DNA of 64,000 nucleotides from Angustibacter luteus (GTDB lineage Bacteria; Actinomycetota; Actinomycetes; Actinomycetales; Angustibacteraceae), in assembly GCF_039541115.1 (NCBI RefSeq), contig NZ_BAABFP010000004.1, positions 496,001-560,000 on the forward strand, read 5' to 3'. Of this stretch, positions 59,029 to 64,000 are shown one piece after another. Position 1 is the stretch's first letter. Every line of letters starts with the position of its first letter. A program made the translations under genes and the position numbers. Below the pieces are notes generated by a model. That model did not search any database and was not told where the DNA came from. It worked only from the letters and a program-made list of their open reading frames with translations.

Positions 59029-60417
59029 ATGAGCCTCGCGACCGCGCCCGCCGCCACCTCGGACGAGCGCCTGCTGGACCGGACCCGGCTGCCCCTCGTC
59101 GTCGGCGCCCTGGCGCTGGTGACGCTCGGCGCGCTGGAGAACCGGGCTGTCGCCACGGTGCTGCCCACCCTGCTCGGTGAGCTGCACGCCGTGCCCAGCT
59201 TCGGGCTGGTCAGCGCCGCGCCGCTGGCGAGCTACCTGATCGCGCTGGTCTGCGCGGGCCGCTGGTCCGACCGCAGCGGGCCGGCGCCGACGCTGCGGAC
59301 CGGCGTGCTCGCCTTCGCCGCCGCGCAGCTGATGGTCGGTCTCGCGCCCTCGCTGGGCGTCGTCGTGGTCGGCCGGCTGCTCAGCGGGTTCGCCGAGGGA
59401 CTGCTGGACGTCGGCGTGATCGTCCTCGTCGCCCGCGCGCTCGAGCCGCGCTGGCGCCCGTCGATGATGGCGCTGTTCGCCGGGGCCTGGATCCTGCCGT
59501 CGGTACTCGGCCCCGTCGTCGTCGGCGCGGTCACGGTCACCCTCGGCTGGCGGTGGGTGTTCCTTGGTGCCGTGGTGCTGCTGGTTCCGGTCTGGCTGAT
59601 CCTTCGGCCGGCGCTGCGCCGGGTCGCCACCGAGCCGGCGTCCGCCGAGCGGCCGCTGGACGTCGTCCCGCTCCGGCTCGTCCTCCCCTGGGCGGTTGCT
59701 GCGGCGGCGGCGCTCGTCGTCCTGAACCTGGCCGGCGAGGCGGCGTCGTCCGCGCCCGTACTGGCCGGCGCGGTCGTCGTCGTCGCGACCGTCACCCTGG
59801 CCGTCAGCGCCGTCCGGCTCCTGCCGCCCGGCACGCTGCGGGCCGCCTGCGGCATCGGCGGCGTGGTCGCGCTCCGGGCGGCAGTCACCGCGGCATTCAT
59901 GGGGATCGGCGGGTTCCTGCCGCTGGTGCTGGCGACCCTGCACCACCAGGGTCCGGCCGCGGCCGGCATCAGCCTGAGCATCACCGGCGTCATGTGGTCG
60001 CTGGGGTCGACGGTGCAGAGCCGGCTGAGCGCCCGCCCGGGACTGGTGCTGCACGCCGGGTTCGCGGCCCTGGTGGTCGGCCTCGCAGTGAGCGGGCTGC
60101 TGGTCTGGACGGACCTGCCCGTCGCCGTCGGGCTGGTCGGCTGGGCGGTCGCCGGGCTCGGGATCGGGATGACGACGTCCACGCTGTCCGTGCTGAGCAT
60201 GGCGGTCTCGGACGACGCGACCCAGGGCCGCAACAACGCGGGCGCGCAGCTGGCCTCGGGGATGTCCGGGGCCGTGTTCTTCGCCGCCGCCGGGACCGTG
60301 CTGGCGCTCGCCGGACCGGGGCGGACGGCGTTCGGCCTGATCTGCGGCGCGGCGGTCGTGATCGCCGTCCTCGGCCTCATCGGGGCCCGGCGTGCCCTCT
60401 GCGCCCTCCCCGCCTGA
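59029..60417 (+). CDS. MFS efflux transporter (DHA2-like)
   Basis: LVTLGALE..AV.TVLP, GRWSDRSG, GRLLSG, AWILPSVLGP, LGWRWVF; many TM. Confidence 0.88.
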   Translation: MSLATAPAATSDERLLDRTRLPLVVGALALVTLGALENRAVATVLPTLLGELHAVPSFGLVSAAPLASYLIALVCAGRWSDRSGPAPTLRTGVLAFAAAQLMVGLAPSLGVVVVGRLLSGFAEGLLDVGVIVLVARALEPRWRPSMMALFAGAWILPSVLGPVVVGAVTVTLGWRWVFLGAVVLLVPVWLILRPALRRVATEPASAERPLDVVPLRLVLPWAVAAAAALVVLNLAGEAASSAPVLAGAVVVVATVTLAVSAVRLLPPGTLRAACGIGGVVALRAAVTAAFMGIGGFLPLVLATLHHQGPAAAGISLSITGVMWSLGSTVQSRLSARPGLVLHAGFAALVVGLAVSGLLVWTDLPVAVGLVGWAVAGLGIGMTTSTLSVLSMAVSDDATQGRNNAGAQLASGMSGAVFFAAAGTVLALAGPGRTAFGLICGAAVVIAVLGLIGARRALCALPA

Positions 60418-60464
60418 CCCCGACCCCCGCCCCGGCCCCCCGCCCCCGGACCCAGGCCACCGCA

Positions 60465-60519
60465 CATGTCCCGCTATCCGGGGTCATCGCGCCGCCACAA
60501 CCCCGGATAGCGGTACATC
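60465..60519. repeat. REP-like palindromic element family A, copy 3
   Basis: CATGTCCCGCTATCCGGGGTCA-11 nt-CAACCCCGGATAGCGGTACATC. Confidence 0.9.
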
Positions 60520-60564
60520 TGCGGAGGTCGGTCGAGCGGGGGGAATGGGGACGCCAAGGCCCGG

Positions 60565-60585
60565 GTTGAGTCAGGTGTACTCAAG
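60565..60585. promoter_or_regulatory. HAIR element 1 (HspR operator)
   Basis: GTTGAGT-N7-ACTCAAG vs consensus CTTGAGT-N7-ACTCAAG. Confidence 0.9.
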
Positions 60586-60601
60586 TTTGGCGCGGGCGGA
60601 T

Positions 60602-60649
60602 TTGACACGTCTGACGCCGCGACTCAGACTTGAGCGGAGCAGACTCAAG
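60602..60649 (+). promoter_or_regulatory. dnaK promoter and HAIR element 2
   Basis: TTGACA-17 nt-CAGACT; CTTGAGC-N7-ACTCAAG at 60629-60649. Confidence 0.85.
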
Positions 60650-60692
60650 GCCGCCCACGAGGTGGCACCCCAGATCCACGAGGAGAGCACTG

Positions 60693-62585
60693 ATGGCACG
60701 AGCGGTCGGCATCGACCTGGGCACGACGAACTCCGTCGTGTCCGTCCTGGAGGGCGGCGAGCCCACCGTCATCGCGAACGCCGAGGGTGGCCGCACCACG
60801 CCGTCCGTCGTCGCGTTCGCCAAGAACGGCGAGGTGCTCGTCGGCGAGATCGCCAAGCGCCAGGCCGTCACGAACGTCGACCGGACGATCCGGTCCGTCA
60901 AGCGCCACATGGGCAAGGACTGGCACGTCGAGATCGACGGCAAGGACTACACCCCGCAGGAGATCAGCGCCCGCATCCTCGGCAAGCTGAAGCGGGACGC
61001 CGAGAGCTACCTGGGCGAGGACGTGACGGACGCGGTCATCACCGTCCCGGCGTACTTCAACGACTCCGAGCGCCAGGCGACCAAGGAGGCCGGCGAGATC
61101 GCGGGCCTCAACGTCCTGCGCATCATCAACGAGCCCACCGCGGCCGCCCTCGCCTACGGGCTGGAGAAGGGCAAGGAGGACGAGCTCATCCTCGTCTTCG
61201 ACCTCGGCGGCGGCACGTTCGACGTCTCCCTGCTCGAGGTGGGCAAGGACGAGGACGACTTCTCGACCATCCAGGTCCGCTCGACCAGCGGTCACAACGA
61301 CCTCGGCGGCGACGACTGGGACCAGCGCATCGTCGACCACCTGCTCCAGCAGGTGAAGATGGGCTACGGCATCGACCTCGGCAAGGACAAGATCGCCATG
61401 CAGCGGCTGCGTGAGGCGGCTGAGCAGGCGAAGAAGGAGCTCTCCAGCTCCACCTCGACCAACCTGTCGCTGCAGTACCTCTCGATGACCGAGAACGGCC
61501 CGATCCACCTGGACGAGACGCTGACCCGCTCGCAGTTCGAGCAGATGACGTCCGACCTGCTCGAGCGCACCAAGGCGCCGTTCAACCAGGTCATCGCGGA
61601 CGCCGGCATCAAGCTCTCCGAGATCGACCACATCGTGCTGGTCGGCGGCTCCACCCGGATGCCCGCCGTCACCGCGCTGGTCAAGGAGCTCACCGGCGGC
61701 AAGGACCCCAACAAGGGCGTCAACCCGGACGAGGTCGTCGCCGTCGGCGCGGCCCTGCAGGCGGGCGTCCTCAAGGGCGAGCGCAAGGACGTCCTGCTGA
61801 TCGACGTCACCCCGCTGTCGCTGGGCATCGAGACCCAGGGCGGTCTGATGACCAAGCTCATCGAGCGCAACACGGCCATCCCGACCAAGCGCAGCGAGGT
61901 CTTCACGACCGCGGCCGACAACCAGCCGTCCGTGACGATCCAGGTCTTCCAGGGCGAGCGCGAGATGACCCGCGACAACAAGGCGCTGGGCACCTTCGAC
62001 CTCACCGGGATCGCTCCCGCGCCGCGCGGCATGCCGCAGGTCGAGGTCACGTTCGACATCGACGCCAACGGCATCGTGCACGTGTCCGCCAAGGACCGCG
62101 GCACCGGCAAGGAGCAGTCGATGACGATCTCCGGCGGCAGCGCGCTGCCGAAGGACGAGATCGAGCGGATGATCAAGGACGCCGAGGCGCACGCCAGCGA
62201 GGACAAGCAGCGTCGCGAGGAGGCGGAGACCCGCAACCAGGCCGAGCAGCTCGTCTGGTCGACGGAGAAGTTCGTCAAGGACAACGAGGACAAGATCCCG
62301 GCCGAGCCGAAGGCGGACGTCGAGAAGTCCATCGCCGACCTCAAGGAGGCGCTGTCCGCCAACGCCTCCACCGAGGACCTCAAGGCCAAGACCGAGGCGC
62401 TCGCCACCGCGAGCCAGGCCATCGGCCAGGCCATGTACGCGGCCGAGGCGCAGGCCTCCGCGGACGCCGAGCAGGCCGGCAGCGCCGAGGGCGGCGCCGG
62501 TGCGACCGACGCTGACGACGACGTCGTCGACGCCGAGGTCGTGGACGACGAGCCAGGCGAGAACGAGGGTCGGGCGCAGGCATGA
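60693..62585 (+). CDS. dnaK: Chaperone DnaK (Hsp70)
   Basis: [45 protein letters not shown] tail. Confidence 0.98.
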   Translation: MARAVGIDLGTTNSVVSVLEGGEPTVIANAEGGRTTPSVVAFAKNGEVLVGEIAKRQAVTNVDRTIRSVKRHMGKDWHVEIDGKDYTPQEISARILGKLKRDAESYLGEDVTDAVITVPAYFNDSERQATKEAGEIAGLNVLRIINEPTAAALAYGLEKGKEDELILVFDLGGGTFDVSLLEVGKDEDDFSTIQVRSTSGHNDLGGDDWDQRIVDHLLQQVKMGYGIDLGKDKIAMQRLREAAEQAKKELSSSTSTNLSLQYLSMTENGPIHLDETLTRSQFEQMTSDLLERTKAPFNQVIADAGIKLSEIDHIVLVGGSTRMPAVTALVKELTGGKDPNKGVNPDEVVAVGAALQAGVLKGERKDVLLIDVTPLSLGIETQGGLMTKLIERNTAIPTKRSEVFTTAADNQPSVTIQVFQGEREMTRDNKALGTFDLTGIAPAPRGMPQVEVTFDIDANGIVHVSAKDRGTGKEQSMTISGGSALPKDEIERMIKDAEAHASEDKQRREEAETRNQAEQLVWSTEKFVKDNEDKIPAEPKADVEKSIADLKEALSANASTEDLKAKTEALATASQAIGQAMYAAEAQASADAEQAGSAEGGAGATDADDDVVDAEVVDDEPGENEGRAQA

Positions 62586-63235
62586 CCGACGCCCCCCAGG
62601 GCGGTCGGCCGGTCGCGGACGACGGGAGCGAGCCTCCCGTCGTCCGCGACAAGCGGCGGATCGACCCGCAGACCGGACAGCTGCGGGACGGCGGCGCTGC
62701 GGCGCCGCAGGCTCCCGCCCCCGAGGTCAGCGGCGAGATGGCCAACGAGACCGAGGTCGAGCAGGGGCTGGATGACAAGTCGTCCGGCCTCACGGCTGAC
62801 GTCGACCTGGCCGCCGAGCGGCTGGCCGACCTGCAGCGACTGCAGGCCGAGTACGTCAACTACCGCAAGCGGGTCGAGCGTGACCGGGACGTCGCCCGCG
62901 AGCTCGCGACGGCGTCCGTGCTGGAGTCGTTGCTGCCGGTGATGGACGACCTGCACCTGGCCCGCCAGCACGGCGACCTGGAGAGCGGGCCGTTCGCAGC
63001 GGTGGCCGACAAGCTCGAGGCGATCGTGGCGCGCGCCGGTCTCGAGCGCTTCGGCGAGGTCGGCGAGGCGTTCGACCCGGCGGTGCACGAGGCCCTCATG
63101 CACGTCCAGGCCGAGCTCGCCGCCGGCACGGAGGTCACGACCGTCGTCCAGGTGCTGCAGCCGGGGTACCGCGTCGGTGAGCGGGTCGTGCGCGCTGCGC
63201 GCGTCGCCGTGGCCGACCCCGACACCACCAGCTGA
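62582..63235 (+). CDS. grpE: Nucleotide exchange factor GrpE
   Basis: [29 protein letters not shown]....RV.RAA.V.V. Confidence 0.95.
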   Translation: MTDAPQGGRPVADDGSEPPVVRDKRRIDPQTGQLRDGGAAAPQAPAPEVSGEMANETEVEQGLDDKSSGLTADVDLAAERLADLQRLQAEYVNYRKRVERDRDVARELATASVLESLLPVMDDLHLARQHGDLESGPFAAVADKLEAIVARAGLERFGEVGEAFDPAVHEALMHVQAELAAGTEVTTVVQVLQPGYRVGERVVRAARVAVADPDTTS

Positions 63236-63254
63236 GTCCGAGAGGAGGCACCGC

Positions 63255-64000
63255 ATGGCCGGACAGGACTGGTTCGAGAAGGACTTCTACGCCACGCTCG
63301 GTGTCCCCAAGGACGCGGACGCGGCGGCGATCAAGAAGGCGTACCGCAAGCTGGCGCGCCAGCACCACCCGGACGCCAACGAGGGCGACGACACCCGGTT
63401 CAAGGAGATCGGCGAGGCCTACTCGGTGCTCTCCGACATTGAGCAGCGCCAGCAGTACGACGCGATCCGGTCGATGTCGCACGGCGGCGCGCGATTCGCG
63501 CCGGGCGGTCAGGGCGGGGCCGGCTTCGAGGACCTCTTCGGCGGTCTGTTCGGTGGTGCGGGAGCTCCCGGGGGCGGTGGCCAGCGCGCGCAGTTCGACA
63601 GCACGGGCGGCATCGATCTCGAGGACCTGCTGCGCGGCATGGGTGGCGCCCCGGGTGCCGGTGGTGGGCGCGGTGGCCGGTTCAGCGGTTTCGGCACCCG
63701 CGGCCCGCGTCGCGGCGCCGACGTGAACGCGACCACCACCCTGCCGTTCCGCGAGGCAGTGGTCGGCTCGACCGTCACCCTGCGCACGCCGGAGGGTCGC
63801 ACGGTGACCGCGCGGATCCCGGCCGGCGTCAAGGACGGGCAGAAGATCCGCCTGCGCGGCAAGGGATCCGACGGCGACCCGGGTGCGGCGGCAGGTGACC
63901 TGATGATCCAGGTCGCTGTCACGCCGGACCCGGTCTTCGGCCGGCAGGGCGATGACCTCACCGTCACGGTGCCGGTCACGTTCGCCGAGGCCGCGCTGGG
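63255..64000 (+). CDS. dnaJ: DnaJ-family co-chaperone (partial; no zinc-finger region)
   Basis: Manual translation MAGQDWFEKDFYATLGV...KKAYRKLARQHHPD, G/F region, RGADV...RIPAGVKDGQKIRLRGKG; runs off window end. Confidence 0.93.
   Translation, partial: MAGQDWFEKDFYATLGVPKDADAAAIKKAYRKLARQHHPDANEGDDTRFKEIGEAYSVLSDIEQRQQYDAIRSMSHGGARFAPGGQGGAGFEDLFGGLFGGAGAPGGGGQRAQFDSTGGIDLEDLLRGMGGAPGAGGGRGGRFSGFGTRGPRRGADVNATTTLPFREAVVGSTVTLRTPEGRTVTARIPAGVKDGQKIRLRGKGSDGDPGAAAGDLMIQVAVTPDPVFGRQGDDLTVTVPVTFAEAAL

Noticed and set aside
60645..63256. Long antisense ORFs (515 and 630 aa) opposite dnaK/grpE
   Set aside because: Shadow ORFs caused by high-GC codon bias; they have no motifs and lie entirely opposite well-supported genes.

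Overview
High-GC actinobacterial chromosome segment, most likely Micrococcales/Kineosporiales-like (inferred from HAIR boxes, an IclR-type HutR operator, an F420-dependent enzyme, a mycothiol-dependent MDMPI enzyme and apparent leaderless genes). The left ~29 kb, lying off the 3' end of a tRNA-Gly(CCC), is an accessory patchwork. It holds a gamma-glutamylation amine-catabolic cluster with a VOC enzyme, an aldolase and an FAH enzyme; LysR/EamA; a secreted phytase-like protein; a Ser/Thr kinase; a LexA-box-preceded small unknown gene; a Mo-oxidoreductase module; DUF2252; a large BTAD/SARP-type regulator with two secreted-protein genes that share an upstream direct-repeat box; and an arsR-arsI-aquaporin-arsC cluster. 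The right part is more core-like: MHS transporter, dcd, AurF-like oxygenase/TetR, an Fe-S oxidoreductase, the hut (histidine utilisation) genes, a TPP-riboswitch ECF transporter, MarR/oxidoreductase, a two-component system with a His/Asp-repeat secreted protein, a SoxR-box MFS pump, and dnaK-grpE-dnaJ with two HAIR boxes. Several families of intergenic palindromic REP-like elements are present. I saw no integrase, transposase, CRISPR array or rRNA. Product calls come from motif recognition by eye, not from database searches. Many starts were moved downstream of the ORF-track start using RBS, -10 or overlap evidence.
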